Of a stretch of DNA of 64,000 nt, positions 1 through 13,237 are shown in pieces (position 1 is the first letter of the stretch; every line of letters begins with the position of its first letter). The notes beneath the pieces are model-generated. The model saw only the letters and a list, made by a program, of their open reading frames with translations, had not been told where the DNA came from and ran no database searches. Made by a program: the position numbers and the translations under genes. This DNA is from Sarea resinae (taxonomy: Eukaryota). Location: contig JAPEUD010000009.1 in NCBI GenBank assembly GCA_026026165.1, positions 62,001 to 126,000 of the forward strand, read 5' to 3'.

Positions 1-1534
1 TGAGCCGTCGTCGTGTCGGTGAGCGGTTGGAGGGGTGACGGAGAGGATGGGGAGGGCTGTCAGAGGAGCAAGAGGAGCAATCGTGGCAGTGGTACTCTCT
101 CTCTCTCTACTCCTGGGGACGAAGTCGAATAGTCGAATACAGGTCTACTACGGTATCACTAGTAAATCAGTAATCTCGCCTGTAGGGGGATGCACGGCCG
201 TCGACCTGAAAGGGGAATCGCGACTTTAGCGAGAGACGAAGACCGGCTCAGTCGAGTCGAGTCAGGTCGAGCAGAACAGAATCGAGAACGGATTGACGAT
301 TCTCGAAAAGATGGTGAGAGCTGTCAGAGGGCTCTATCACGGCGTTTTCAGTACAAGTCGAGTAAGCCTTAGTGACGCGGTCAAAGAGAAGCCGTCATGA
401 ATTGCCCGTGGTGATCTAGTGAATTAGTGACGATGACGAAAAATGCAAAAGTGCGGGACGGGTTCTCTTTTTCTGCTTTCTTCCATGGCCTCATATGATT
501 TCCACCCCACACCTCGCACCTACAGTACTACATAAGTAGGTGGAAATGCAAGTGCACGAGAATCATCAATGTCAAACGCACGAACAACGAGGCCCTGGAC
601 GGACGTCGTATCGCATTCCTGGTTAGTATTCGACCCGGTAGGGTTAGTTCGTAGCCGACGGACTGCATACTATGTATGTCGTTCATCACACCGCATCCAT
701 CAAACAGCCACTCAAGGCAATCGTAATTCCACCCGGGAAACACATACATAGTAGAACATAACCCCATCCCATATCATTTGATCATAAGAGACGCCTCTTC
801 ACGGAGCATTTCATATTGATTCCTATATACTGACGAGTAGACTATATACGACCGTACTACCGAGAATCTCCATACCCACACTCGTCTCGGAGACCGACGA
901 CGACTGGCCAGCTATACTACTCCCTCGACCTTCCCCCCGACCGACACACCAACTAGCTGCACCGAAAGAATAAACGAGGCAAAGACGACCTTTTTGTCAC
1001 TCTTCCTTCGTCTGATCGTAAGAGGTCGGAACTTTTGCCTTCGAGATGATAGACGAAGAAGCAGGAGAACCAAAAGCGGGCCTCCCCAAGGGATGGAAGA
1101 AGCAATAGAAGAGAAAGGAGACAGAGAGACAAGGACAGAGGGAGGAGGGGAAAGTCAGCGAATATAAAAGAACGATAGCTCGAGGAGCGTGTATGTATTT
1201 ATAAAAGAGTGAGAGTGCCAGGGCCGTATAGAATGATCCGATGCAAATAGACATGAACAGTTACCTCGTACCTAGAATCTTAGGCAAAGTTTTTCTCCCT
1301 TCAACGCCCGAGCCAGGCCGTAAAATAGCCCATGCCTTGAAAAAGTAAGTAGTGCCCAAAGTAATAATCGCTAAGCCATCGTGTGTACGTGTAAAAGTTG
1401 GCTTCCCAGCCGTAATTGAAGCATAAAAAATGTCCAGCCGCAACAAGCATGGACCGAAACAGAAGCGAAATCGGAAAACCGAGCAAACCGAGAAGACTGA
1501 GCAGGAGACGATATGGGCGGGAGTGGCCATAAGA

Positions 1535-4500
1535 CTATGATCCTGTAACGTGCTTGTTTGCACTCGCCTGCATCCTCCTCATAGCCTCTTTATGCAGATC
1601 CAACATATCACCTCTTCGCATCCGCTCATCGAGCATGTTGTCTCGCTGCTGCGCAGCTATGGCCTGTTGCTGCTGATTCACGAGCCTCTGATTGCGATCG
1701 TTCAACATGTCGGCGCGCGCGGCTTCGGCTTTGACGACGGGTTGCTGGTGCGAGGAGACATCCTGGCGAAGGGAGCTGCGCCACGTCGCGAGCATGGTCT
1801 CGCGTTTGTCGGTCGAGATGTGCGAAGTGGATCGTTTGGGTTGGTGCGAGTCAAAGGTCTCGCCGTTCACGATCTTAGGCAACATTGTTGCTGGAGACGG
1901 GGACGGAGTCTGTTCGCGCTGGAGAAGTTGTTGTGTCTGCTGGCGGCGACGGATGATTTCTTTGCGTTCGGCAAGAGGCAGATCGTCGTCGTCGAAGAAT
2001 TCAGGCATGGGCGAGTGGCTATGGATTGAGGCCGTGTCGTTGACGATCCAGGGATTGGTCGGCGACGGTGCTTGGTTTAGCGATGTTGAAGACATCTTAT
2101 TGCGGAGAAGAGTATCGCGTTTTCCGAGGAGCGTATTTCCAGGGAGAGGGGAGGGAGTGTATCGTTGGGGCGGAGAGGCAGGTGGGTCCATGTCTTCGAT
2201 CGGAGACTCGACAAGGACTTGACTAGTCAATGGCGTTGAGCTACTGCGGAAGCCGAGAGTACTAAGCCTCGAAGGCTGCTGCTGATTGTTTGCACCGTGG
2301 GCGTAGACCGGAGTTCCATTGTTGGCTGCAGTCATGGTAGAACGCATTGACGCCTGCGATCCAGATCTGGCGAGAAGATTAGGTGTACTTCCGCTCGAAG
2401 CTGAACGAAGCATCCCGCCTCGTGACTGTTCCTGCATCGAGAGCCTGGAAGAGGAACGAATCAAGGGAACAGGGTTCGATGGAGCAGTAAATGCTCTCTT
2501 GGGGGCTGGAGGCATCGAAGCAGCCCCAGACGCCTGGAGGTCCTCAATATTGACGGGCACAGGCATTTCCATGGCTTCTTCCTGTTCCAGCTCCGTTGTC
2601 TGCGGAAGCTTGAGTTCTTCTGGATCTGGCTTCTCTGCCGAAGCAAGATGCTTAGCCCACTCGTTGGTCCTATAAGACATTGCGACTTTGGAAAGGCTGG
2701 CAGGGAGATTGCCTTTGAGGCTGGCCGAATTAGACTGGCTGATGGATGTTTCTGATGGTGCTACTGATTTGGCCGACTTCCCTTTCGGAGATGCAGGCTC
2801 TCGAGGGGCTCCGGAAGATGCAGATTTTCTCTTGCTAGTTTCCAACGAAATTCTTTCTTCAGGTGCTTCGGAAGCTACTCCTGCTCCGTCCGCGGTCTCC
2901 TGGCTTGGCTCTATCGAACTGCGGTTCGGTAGGCTACTTGACCCTCCCGGGAGGTCTGCTCTTTGTTCGGGCTGCTTATTGGCCTGATCAGGCGCGGAAG
3001 AATCTTCATTTCGTGTGGCTCCATGAGAAGATGTGGATAGTCTCTTTGCGGTACCCATGGCTTCTTCCTCGGTCTTCTCGATTGCTTGAGGACTTGGTAG
3101 AGGGGTCGTCCTCGTCGAACTTCCAATGTCACCTAAATCATCAACCGTAGCTGCTAAAGACGAGGCTCGATCATCCTCAACATGAGGAACAACAAGAGCC
3201 TCTTCCGACTCCGAGAATGCTTTTGAGCTTCGGCCAACCGACAGCCTGTTCAAAATGGATTGGCCAGATAGTCTCTTTGAATGTCGTACTGGATCCATGT
3301 CTGATTCGGCCAGAGTCGCCACTGAAGAGTCATCCTTTTCGTCCTCATGAGCGGAGGGTACCTTGAACGGAAGTGGGACAACAGCGGGTGGTGGAGGTAC
3401 TGTTTCTACTGACATGGAGTGCGCAGCTGCTTCGTCTTCCCCAATATCGGAATACTTCGAGCTCGAAGCCTGGATGGATTTACCGGTAGCATGACTCCGA
3501 GCCGATTTCTGAGATAACCGCTTCTCTTCCTTTCCGTTCATCTGGCTCTCCTGACTTCTCCGCGGCCCATCTTTGGTGGCGGGCCTGACAATAACGACGG
3601 GACCGTGTGCCTCGCTGCTCTGCCTATTCTCCTGGCTGGATCGTCCATTCTCTATTTCCTCCATTTCTATACTCTCCTCTTCTAACCCATGTAACCTCGT
3701 TTCGACGATGCTGGCGGAGCCTTTCCTCGGGGTAGACATCTCTTCACCAATACCAGAATCGGCTCTGGTCCTGACACTGCTCTCCTTCTCTTTGTCGCCA
3801 TATGTCGCTTCCCATTCGGCCCTGTCCCGAATATTATCTTCCTCAACCCTCCGACCTGACTCCTCGTCTAACTGCTCCAAATCGCGTTCGCCTCGGAGAC
3901 GCTCCGCACTCTTCTGTTCGCGACGATCTTTGACGACCTTCCACAACTTCATCTGCGATATGATACCAATGACACAGATGATGACGGTGCAGGCTATCTC
4001 GACCCGAATGCCGCGGGTAATCGGATATGTAGTCGTCCCAAGAGGGAATTCATTATCGTTCAAATCTTGGATTGTCAGTCTGGGAATGAAGGGCTGCCAG
4101 ATTAGACGCACCCCATATATAGAGCCAGAACTCTTTCAAGCCTGCGCGGCTGAAGCAATCAATGCCGAGAATTATAACGGTAGCACCAGCGAATGAAGTG
4201 CAACCTATCAGGCCATAAGGTCTGGTGTAATGACTGAATGAAAGAGAATAAGCTGCCAAAGTCAGTCCTGCAATGAGACCTCCCCTGCCTCCTTTGGATG
4301 CAATTAGACCGCCATGCTTGAGACAGAGAAACCACATGCTGAGGCAGAAGCCACCAAGCAAGCATCCCAGCCCCTCCGTGATCTCCATAAAGATGACAGC
4401 TAGCGCGCCAAATACGACACCTGTCACAACGCAAGCCACGACGTATGCGCCTTGGATGGCGTTTCGAACCGGCGGGTTCATGACGTATATAATGAGTACC

Positions 4501-5175
4501 TTCTGAAATTAGAGGCCATCCAGCTGGAATACATGGGAAGACGAACCGCGACCGCCAATCCTGTCAGATAAGCACTGGATAGAGAGACGTGAAGCCTGAA
4601 AGTGTATTAGTGGCTAGCTCTGAGGGTTGGAGCACAATCAAAGATTACCATCTCTTCTGAATTCCAACGAGCGTGTAGACGATGCCGGTAAGAAGCAAGA
4701 TGACACCGGCCACAGCGAGACCAGGAGTGATCTTGGGTTGAAGAGGAAGATCATTAGGATTAATTTTAGAGTGTGAGACTAGATAATTTTAGCTTGACAA
4801 CTCGATCCAGAACAATGACGAACCATTAACAGGAGCAGGTGAGGACTGCAACGAAGGCACGTCTCCAGTCGAGCGCGATGCTGCACTTTCCGTTCCTGAC
4901 GCGGACGCGACTGCGGATGAAGCAGCTATCGAGGATGATGCTGCAGCAGTGGGATTGGCCGAAGAGGAAGGTTTCGCAGATGCTGTCGTAGATGCCGCCC
5001 CGGTCGAAGCTGAATCGGACTTCGCAGCTGTTGAAGCGGCGGACGGCGATGGGGTTTGAGAGAGCGAATTACTGGAGCCATCGCGACGTAGGACTGCATT
5101 CGGATGTGCAGCGACGAAATGAAAGACGGCGAGAAAGAAAAAAAGAGCGTATAATGGTTTCGTCGAAAGGCGCAT
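1535..5175 (-). CDS. DUF4203 (TMEM198/TM7S3-like) multi-pass membrane protein with signal peptide and long disordered C-terminal tail; about 5 exons
   Basis: ATG at 5175 (MRLSTKPLYALFFFLAVFHFVAA, signal peptide), then a Ser/Ala-rich linker. Spliced exons give LPLQPKITPGLAVAGVILLLTG and GLGCLLGGFCLSMWFL...GIDCFSRAGLKEFWLYIW, joined to the long ORF ending at 1535 (SYRTNEWAKHL, DLHKEAMRRMQASAN). GT..AG introns near 4823-4779, 4648-4596, 4546-4501 and 4111-4067 (approximate). Confidence 0.8.
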
Positions 5176-6559
5176 ATTCAAGAATTCGAGGTCGGCGGGA
5201 TAATTCCCTCTACTGGATTGCAATCCAAGAACTGTTCAATTCGGAATCCGCAACCTCCAAGCACGCCCCGAACGGCTCCAAGTGCAGCTGTATAGCTAGT
5301 GATTCATCGATTAAAGAGAGACTAAAGTTGGAAACGCTGTACGGAGGGGAAAGAGACACGAAAGGTGCGATGATGACGAGAAAGAGAGATGGCAAGTGAG
5401 GAAACCGCATCTGCAAAGTGAGGTGCTAACAGGCCACCGTCCCCAGAAGTTGGGGTCTCAATCCAGCAATGCTCGGGACGATGCGGTTAGTTGCACATCG
5501 ACACGGAGCCGGAACGAGTCGAATCGAATTGATACCAAGAAGGGGGAAAACTCTTCTCCAGATCCTCTAGCAGGGGCTGCAATTCGAGCCAAAAATCACA
5601 CAAATTGATCGATCGCAGATCCGTTTTGGAGCAAGCGGCGGCGGAGGGAAATTGGGATCTTCAGCACCTGGATCAACAGATGCTCGTTTCGGGTAAGGCG
5701 TCGAAGGGACTAGGATGCAAACAGCTAAAGGAGCACGGATGCGACAGGCCTTAAGCTTTAACGAGACGGACGGCGGCACTCCGGAGGCAGATGGATGATG
5801 ATGGGAAATGATGCTGGAGAGGATTGAGACAAATTCCGTCCGCGGGATTGCATCGTCTCCATCTCCTCTCCTCGTGCTGCCAAGTAGGACGTCGTAGGAC
5901 AAATACATAGTAGGTGCACCGCTCTTCGGACGTGCGAGGACGGACGACGTCAGACCTCCACCTGGTAAGATGACGGTAAAGAGAGCAGCGTGAGTCGACA
6001 ACGTCTGGTCGTGAATCAAGATCACAACAGCTCAGTGCTCACAGCTCATGCCCACCGGCAGTCTGACCGTAGTGTGCTCTCCTCGGCCATACAAGTGAGG
6101 TGGTCCGGAGCGCAGTCCGCACATGTCCTGATGTGGTTGGATGAGGAAGCCAAGTCTCTCGGTCCATGGTCGATTAGCTCGATAGGAAGAAGGGCTTCGT
6201 CCGTGTTGGTGTGCCAATGGCACATGGACATGGCCAGGGGCAGCGAGCCAGCCAGCAGAAACGTGTTCGTATCCATGAATGGTCCGTCCCTCTTCGTACA
6301 GTGATGCACTGCACCTGCATGCAGACCGACGACTGGACAATGGCTAGGAACCTACTCCGTACTCCGTAAGGTACATGGCCCAGTGCAGCTTCAAGGCTGG
6401 ATGCGGGCACAAGCGAAACCAGGACGGCAATCAGGTTCAGGTTCCGGTTCAGGTCCAGGGGCACGACCAGGTCCATACTCCGTACATAGTAGAGGGGGTA
6501 AGGCATCCCTTCGAAGGTGGGTACGAAATACAGGAGATACAGGTACAGACCTACTGCCA

Positions 6560-6627
6560 TACGAAGTACTCCGTAGTACTGCGGACCAAGTACTGCGGAC
6601 CAAGCACTGCGGACCAAGTACTTCGTA
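6560..6627. repeat. Three tandem 14-bp units (AGT/CACTGCGGACCA) flanked by 11-bp perfect inverted repeats
   Basis: TACGAAGTACT at 6560-6570 and its reverse complement AGTACTTCGTA at 6617-6627; units at 6575-6588, 6589-6602 and 6603-6616. Confidence 0.9.
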
Positions 6628-6957
6628 CCTTTCCGCCAAGCCCGTCAACGTTACCAGCCCGTCCTCTCCACCTTAATTTCCGCCTTTCCTTTCCTTTTCC
6701 GCTTTCCGCTTTCCGGGCTCCGTACCGTCCGGCAGACACGAAACCTCACGCGCCCTCGACGCGTCGTGATTCGGTACCATGTGGTTGATATCCCATTCCT
6801 TCGCAAACGCCATGAATTGATTGATTGATGGATTGATTGATTGATTAATTAAATAGGTCAATGATTGATGTACTGGGTAGAGCAGAAGCGTATGAGTAGG
6901 TATGCATGTGTAGGGAGATGGATGAATGATGTCCCAAGGAGGAGAGAGGTTTCCGTG

Positions 6958-8720
6958 TCATCCCGGGGGTGTCAGGGGCCTTGGATTACGCTCCCGCCCC
7001 CGCTCCCGCTGCTGCTCCTGGGCCTTCTCGGCGTTTCTTTCCTCCATCTGCTCCTCGTCCTTTACTATCTCCTGTCCGACTGTCTGCCCCCGAGAGAGCT
7101 GCTCCTGACGCTCTAGCTCCCTTGCCACCTTCTCATCGGCAGTCAACTCGCTCTTCGCCGTATTCATCCGCACGAACCCAGCCATGACCACCACCGATAC
7201 GACCGCGCACGCGAGCGCGAACCAGAATGCCGACTTATAGCTATGTGCGAGGCCAGCGTAGCCATCAAAGAGGGTATTGGTAGCGACGAGATCCGCAAAG
7301 CCGAGGAAGAAGCTGATGCCGAGAAAGAGGACGGAGTTGATGACGGCGCCAGCGAGGCCCTGGCGCGCCTGCGGCAGACTGGTCGTAATGAAGATATTGG
7401 TGATGTTGTAGGTGATGTCGATGCCGAGCGTGCCGCAGATCATCGCGGGAAACGTGTAGGCCCAGTAATTGGCCCCGGGCGCCGGCGCGATGGCGAAGAG
7501 CAGATTCGCTATCACCCACGCTGTGCCGGAGAGGATCAGCAGGATGCGGCCCGGGATGATGTGCAGGACGAGGCCGCCGCCCGTGGAGAGGATCAGGCCG
7601 CCGAGTCCGAAGGGGACGAACCAGGCTACTAGCTGCAGCGGGGAGGCGCCCATGATATTCTCCGTGTAAAAGGTTGCGTAAAGAAGCCAGACACCGAGGA
7701 CGCCGTAGGAGAAGAAGAGCGAGAGAATAAGAGCTTTCATTTGCGGGACCGCAAAGAGATCCGCGGGGAGGAGGGGCTGCGGCGCGATCCAGCCTTCGAC
7801 ATAAATCGCCGCTGCGAGCATTAAGGAGCCGATGATGAGGGTGACGGGCACGTAGGGAGTCCTCCAACCGTGAGGCGCATGGGCGCTATCCGTGATGGCA
7901 AAGATGACGAGGATGAGACCAGGGAAGATCAACCCGGCTCCGAGCCAGTCCATCTTGATGACTTCTCCCTTGGGGGTGTCCCCCTGGATGTCAGAGGGCA
8001 CGGCAAACGCTGCAATGGCAACAGACACGAAAATGAGAATGGCCCCGAGCCAGAAGTACCAAGCCCAGCCCATCAATTGGCCGGCGATGCCAGACATGAA
8101 AATTCCAAAGAAGAAACCTAGCGGTGCACAAGCACCATAGATGCTGAAGACCAGATTCTTGCGAGGTCCCGGACGATAAACAGATCCCAGAAGCCCGAGC
8201 CCCGAGGATAAAAATGCTGCGGGGCCGAAGCCTTGCAGAGCACGACAGAAGTCAAGCATGAGCTCATTCTTGGCAAAGCCGGCGATCAGAGACCAGATGA
8301 AATACCAAGAAAGGCCGCCAAGATAGACTCGATATCCGCCGTACATATCAGCGAGCCGCCCAAAAATCAAAAGCGAGCTTCCGGCCGTTAAGGAGAAAGC
8401 GCTGGCGGGCCATGTGGAGGAGGCGGCAGGGATCTCGAAATGCGTCGAAAGTGTCGGAAGGATTACATTGAAGCCTGATATAAAATACTCCTGAACTTGT
8501 AGATCAGTAGCTTGCAAATGACTCACAGATGAGGACAACCCACAGCCATAATTTGCGAAATCATAATAGAGAAGCAGAATGCGATCTCTGCAAATAAAGA
8601 CTTGAATATTTCCGGTCGTTGTCTTCCTAGCCGTTCGATTCGTTCTTGCTCACTCTCAAGCCCGCCACCTTCACCAAGCTGCTCCCCAGAAACCCCAACC
8701 TCAGGAAGGGTTGAGCCCAT
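6958..8720 (-). CDS. MFS drug:H+ antiporter (DHA2, ATR1-like, about 14 TM), about 569 aa, 2 exons
   Basis: Exon 1 8720-8544, intron 8543-8491, exon 2 8490-6958. Motifs GRLADMYG, RALQGFGPA, YRPGPRKNLVFSIYGACAPLGFF and DWLGAGL; many hydrophobic helices. Confidence 0.9.
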
Positions 8721-10025
8721 GATGCCCTTCTATTGCCGTTATATATATACTGGTGAGATGGCGTTCTGATATGAAACGATAATATATGGTTGAAAGGCAC
8801 AATCTTTGCCATGGTCGCAATTATATACAGCAGTCCAAATAGATATATAGACAAGAGGAATTGGAAACCGGCTCTACATCTTGAAGTGAAATGTTATGGG
8901 ACGTCCATGGTGACGACCGTTTTGTTTGGTCGGAGGGCGGGCGAAGTGGAGGGGGGGTGACGCCCTTTATGACGCCCGCCATCAGAAGGCTTGGAGTTGA
9001 TGCTGCAATATGACGGCCGACTGTCGCAAAAGGCAAAAGGATCCCATCCCATGAGTTTTGCTTTGTAAGAGATTCCCACACTCCCTTACTCGTTCTTTGA
9101 TCTCCGCGGTCAGGATACATTTGTCTCTGGCACAGTCAAGTGCTAAAAGCAGGTACCTCTTCCCGTATGCTTGACTGCTAGTCTGCCTGCTAGCCCCATG
9201 TTGGACACGCGTAGCCCTTATCGTTCCAATGCAAATCGGGCCGTGCATCGCTCTGGAGCACTCCAGCGCTCAAGACGAACATGTTAGTCATGGATATGAC
9301 AAGATTTGAGTGTCGCTCCCTTGGCTAGTATGACGGAAGCAGGCCCGGAAAGGATCTAATGGATATGTCGATCTCCCACCGACTTCCTGAGGCCGAGTCT
9401 GTCTAAGGTATGAAGCATCGTCAGCCCCATTCAGGACCTAGGCCATCAAACATTCGCTGGACAGTGCAATGAAAACGCAATGTCGTGAACATCATTGCCC
9501 GGAGAAGGAAATGCTGATGTTCGAGAAATACTTGGTAGGGCAGATTGATGGATGAATGTCCCACAAGGTCCCGTGCATAAGTCGTGTTTTCTTGCCACCT
9601 ACGAAATACTGCGCACGAACGAATGATAAGGTACATAAGCCATCGGAGGATGAGCAGATTTTCCGATTTTATATTTCAACTTCAGTCTCGGGTCTTACAC
9701 GTAGCTAATATGCAGGATGAATGTTTCTAACAGAGATTCTAATTGCTCATCTGCTCATGCCATGATGGAAAGTACTTATCAACGCTGAAATCAAGAGTGT
9801 GCTCGAGGAAAGCAAATGGTAGAATGAAAATGATTCCAGACTCCATATCCCGTCCCAGACCATCCATTTCCGCATGCCAGACTCCAGAACTTTCATTCCA
9901 CCACATACTGACCCGTTCCACTTGAATTCCGACAACTCCAGTCCATTCCGGTAACAGGAGTCGGGATTGAAGCGGAGAGAAAGAAAACGAGACCCTGGCC
10001 TCCGGCCATCCTATTGGACTACATA

Positions 10026-11599
10026 TTACACCTTCTTCAACCTTCGGGTCTGCACTCTATCGCCCGCAAACCTGCCAGCGTAACCCCCACCATATCCAGA
10101 CCCGTACCCATATGCAGGCGACTTGCCCAAGCTCTCCCTCTCCTTCTCCCTCTCCCGTTCTCTCTTCTCATTCTTGCCGCCTCTCGCAAAACCTGCCAAG
10201 ACCCTCACCCCCATCCTGACAGGCAGCCACAGAACTGTCCACAGAGCCTCCAGGGGCAACATCATTGCCATAAAGATGTTATCCACAAGGAAGGCAAATG
10301 TAGTTTGCACCAACAATGCGAGCGATGTCCTCTGTTGCACTTGCTGTTGAACGTCACGGTTCTGGGATGCCGCGGCGGCAGCCAGCGATAGCGCGTCGTT
10401 GAGACGGGCTTCGAGATCCTGGAGCCGAGACTCTGTTTGCATCGTCTGAACTGTAGCGCGTTTCTCATAGCGGCGGACGGCGCGATTGAGAGCGTCGAGG
10501 TCAGGTTGAAGGTTGCGGCGGAGGTCGGTGGTGAGTTGTTGCTGTTGCTGCGGTGTTGTCGAGGTTGAAGGATTGACGGCGGCAATAGAGCCCGCAGACT
10601 CCGCAGTCTTGCCCGCAATGTGTGCTTCTAACTCCTCAAGCCGTTTACTGAGGTCGAGGACTTTGGCTGGGTCGATCTTGTCATCTTCCTTGTCGTAGGG
10701 ATTTGTATTCACGATGCGTTGGAGGTGGATTGTGCGCGATTGAACGAGTTTGACCAGATGCGAGAATGGACGGAGTTCTGATGCCAGCAGGAAAATTGTA
10801 AGGTTGTAGTTCGAGACCAGACCTTCCGAAGGCCGAGAGAGTTGGGAGCGGATGGTATGGAGGAGATAGCTGCCGAGCAGCGGGCCGAGGAAGCAGGCTG
10901 TGAGGGCAAGAATCTCGTGGATTTGAAGTTCTCTGACGGCTGAGCTGCGGTCGGTCGAAGGTGATGATTCCTGAGAGGGTAATTGCTCATTCTTGGGTTT
11001 CGGTGGGGCGTCTTTGTCGCCATCTTTGGCTTCGTCTTCGCTGTCTTCTTCGAAAATGGTGTCGTTGAAGTGGTCCGGCTCTTCTAGTACGCGCAACGAC
11101 TGCGTAGAGCGATACCAATCCCTGGGCCATTAGTACAAGAGGATTGGAAATGCTGGCAAACGTACCAGGGCAATCTGATGGACCAGTTCAGAAAGATGGC
11201 GGCCAATCCCAATAAGGTCACGTCCGTGACGACAGCACTTCCATTTTTGAACAAGAGTCCGCCGATTGCCGGCAGCAAGGCAAACACCAGCGGCACCGAT
11301 TGCCAATGCGATGGCTCTGGGTCTTCGCGCGCACCGGGGGGCTTTGGCAGTAGGAGGTCGTCTGTCGAGGAGCGGACAGAGTGACGGGTATCATCTAGAG
11401 AGAAATCGGAAAGCATGGAACTTCTTCGACGCTCACGCAGCATGGGCCTATCGGCAAAGGTGGCGGACCGACCCAACGGACGGTTGCGCAGTGGTGGGAA
11501 GGAGTCATGAGCGGTGGGAGCAGTACTATTAGCGGTGCCATGCCCGCGGCCATCTGGGGAGGCAGCACGCCGAGCGGGCGCGGGTGCATCTTCGGCCAT
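10026..11599 (-). CDS. Uncharacterised fungal membrane/coiled-coil protein, 2 exons
   Basis: Exon 1 11599-11166 and exon 2 11121-10026 splice in frame across a GTACG..CAG intron to give NWSIRLPWDWYRS. Contains TM segments, SQLSRPSEGLVSNYNLTIFLLASE and a coiled coil (LDALNRAVRRYEKRATVQTMQTESRLQDLE). Confidence 0.8.
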
Positions 11600-12319
11600 C
11601 TGGAGAGATCGAGGTGGTTTGGTGCATGAATGAGGTCTGTGGTGATGTGATTGTCGTCGACAGGATCACAGGAACGATCACAATGATCACGATGGTCACG
11701 ATGTTGCCGACCCAAACGCGCTCGCACGTAGTGAATACGTCGAATGAGTCGAATGCATGGGATGTGAGTTGATTGAGAGGGAGAAGATGGCAGGGTGTGA
11801 TGTGCTAAGCATGATGAAGTGTCGGCAGAGGAGCGACGAGCGACGAGCTACGAGTGATGAATGATGAATGCTGAGTGGTGCAAGCATGATTATCTGGTCA
11901 TATTACTACTTGCTCTACTGTTCCAGTGAAAGTTGTGGCTGAAGTAAGGTACGCACTACGAATAGTCAGAGTACGCAGAGTCAATAGAACTCTTGCCCAA
12001 GGCCCAAAGGCCCTCCACTGCCAGCTAGAGCTGGAGCTGTTGACAAGAACAAGGAGAATGATGACGACCTCGCCCTTCGCCCTTACCCTAGCCCTACCTG
12101 ACTAAGGTCGACAAGACTTGAAGGTCGTGGACGGACCCTACGCTAAGAGCGGGAGCACGCGATTCACGATACAAACTCCGGGGTAGACACATGCGGTGCG
12201 TGGAGGGAGACACCACCGTGTTGCCATCACAGGAGTACATCCAGACAGAGTACAGAGTAGTCACTGTGACGGACCTGAGAGATGGATCCATCCATCTCTT
12301 CTCATCTGTTCCAGCTCCC

Positions 12320-12935
12320 CTCTATTGCCTGATCAGGACATCTGTTGAGAATCCAATGGCACGAGGAGCAATGTATCTGCGTAATTGATTGAGCAAGCCA
12401 GAAGAAGAGACACCTGCGGCACTGCTATTGAGCAGAAACATCGCCATGCTCGACGGTCGATCCGAGCCATCGCCATCTATTGAATCTCGGATTCATCGAC
12501 GAGACCACTAACAACTCTGTAACAGTCAGATCTGCTCCCGTTGCATTTGGCGAGGTCGTGATCCATCATCTCTCTTATTGACCTCCTCCCGTGTCTCTGC
12601 TATTGACACCCCAATACGACACATTGACCGATCAGTCTGCCGGCTTCCCACACGGGATATCCGCACACCATGTCGATACCGCCAGATATCGTCAATAACG
12701 GTCAATTGAGCTCGACTCGCCGACAGCTGTCAATGCGCGGCCACCAGCAGGAAGCCGAGCGTGGCCAAAACGCCATTGGTTCCGCTTGCGTGGAAGGGGC
12801 CCATGGCTATTGACAGGTATAGATAACTAATTGAGAGCTTCGCATATCCGTCGAGGCAGTCTACATATCTGTAACCCGTTGTGACACAGTCTTTTGCTTT
12901 TGCCTTCTTCCAATTATCTCCCTCTTCAATTGACC
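12320..12935 (+). promoter_or_regulatory. Cluster of CTATTGA/ATTGA motifs upstream of STE3; candidate MAT1-1-1 (alpha-box) binding sites
   Basis: CTATTGAG 12425, CTATTGAA 12477, TTATTGAC 12575, CTATTGAC 12600 and 12807, CAATTGAG 12703, TAATTGAG 12828, CAATTGAC 12927, plus reverse-strand copies at 12691 and 12729. Confidence 0.6.
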
Positions 12936-13237
12936 TGCTCTTGACTCTGATTTCCTTCCCATACAACGTTCTTTCCTTTGGCTTCCTGCCTCTCTCGTCG
13001 TTACTGTTGCAACTCATACGATCAGTGTTCCGCATCGACCTGCTCTGGCCTGATAGGAAACCGACTTGAAATCAAGGCGCGAGATTTTTCGAGCTTGTTC
13101 GAGCCTGATAAGGGACGTGATCGTGCTTGGAGCCTGGTGTCTGCATTTATTGCACTACGTTCCGCTTCAATCGGCCTCAAAATCTCCCTTGTTCGCTTTA
13201 CGGAGGCAGGCCCTTCCATAATAATATCTGATCTGAA

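Noticed and set aside
6575..6616. CRISPR-like array
   Set aside because: The repeats are contiguous with no spacers, and the context is eukaryotic.
9300..9960. Splice-like signals suggesting a small gene or lncRNA
   Set aside because: No coherent reading frame or recognisable product; needs transcript data.
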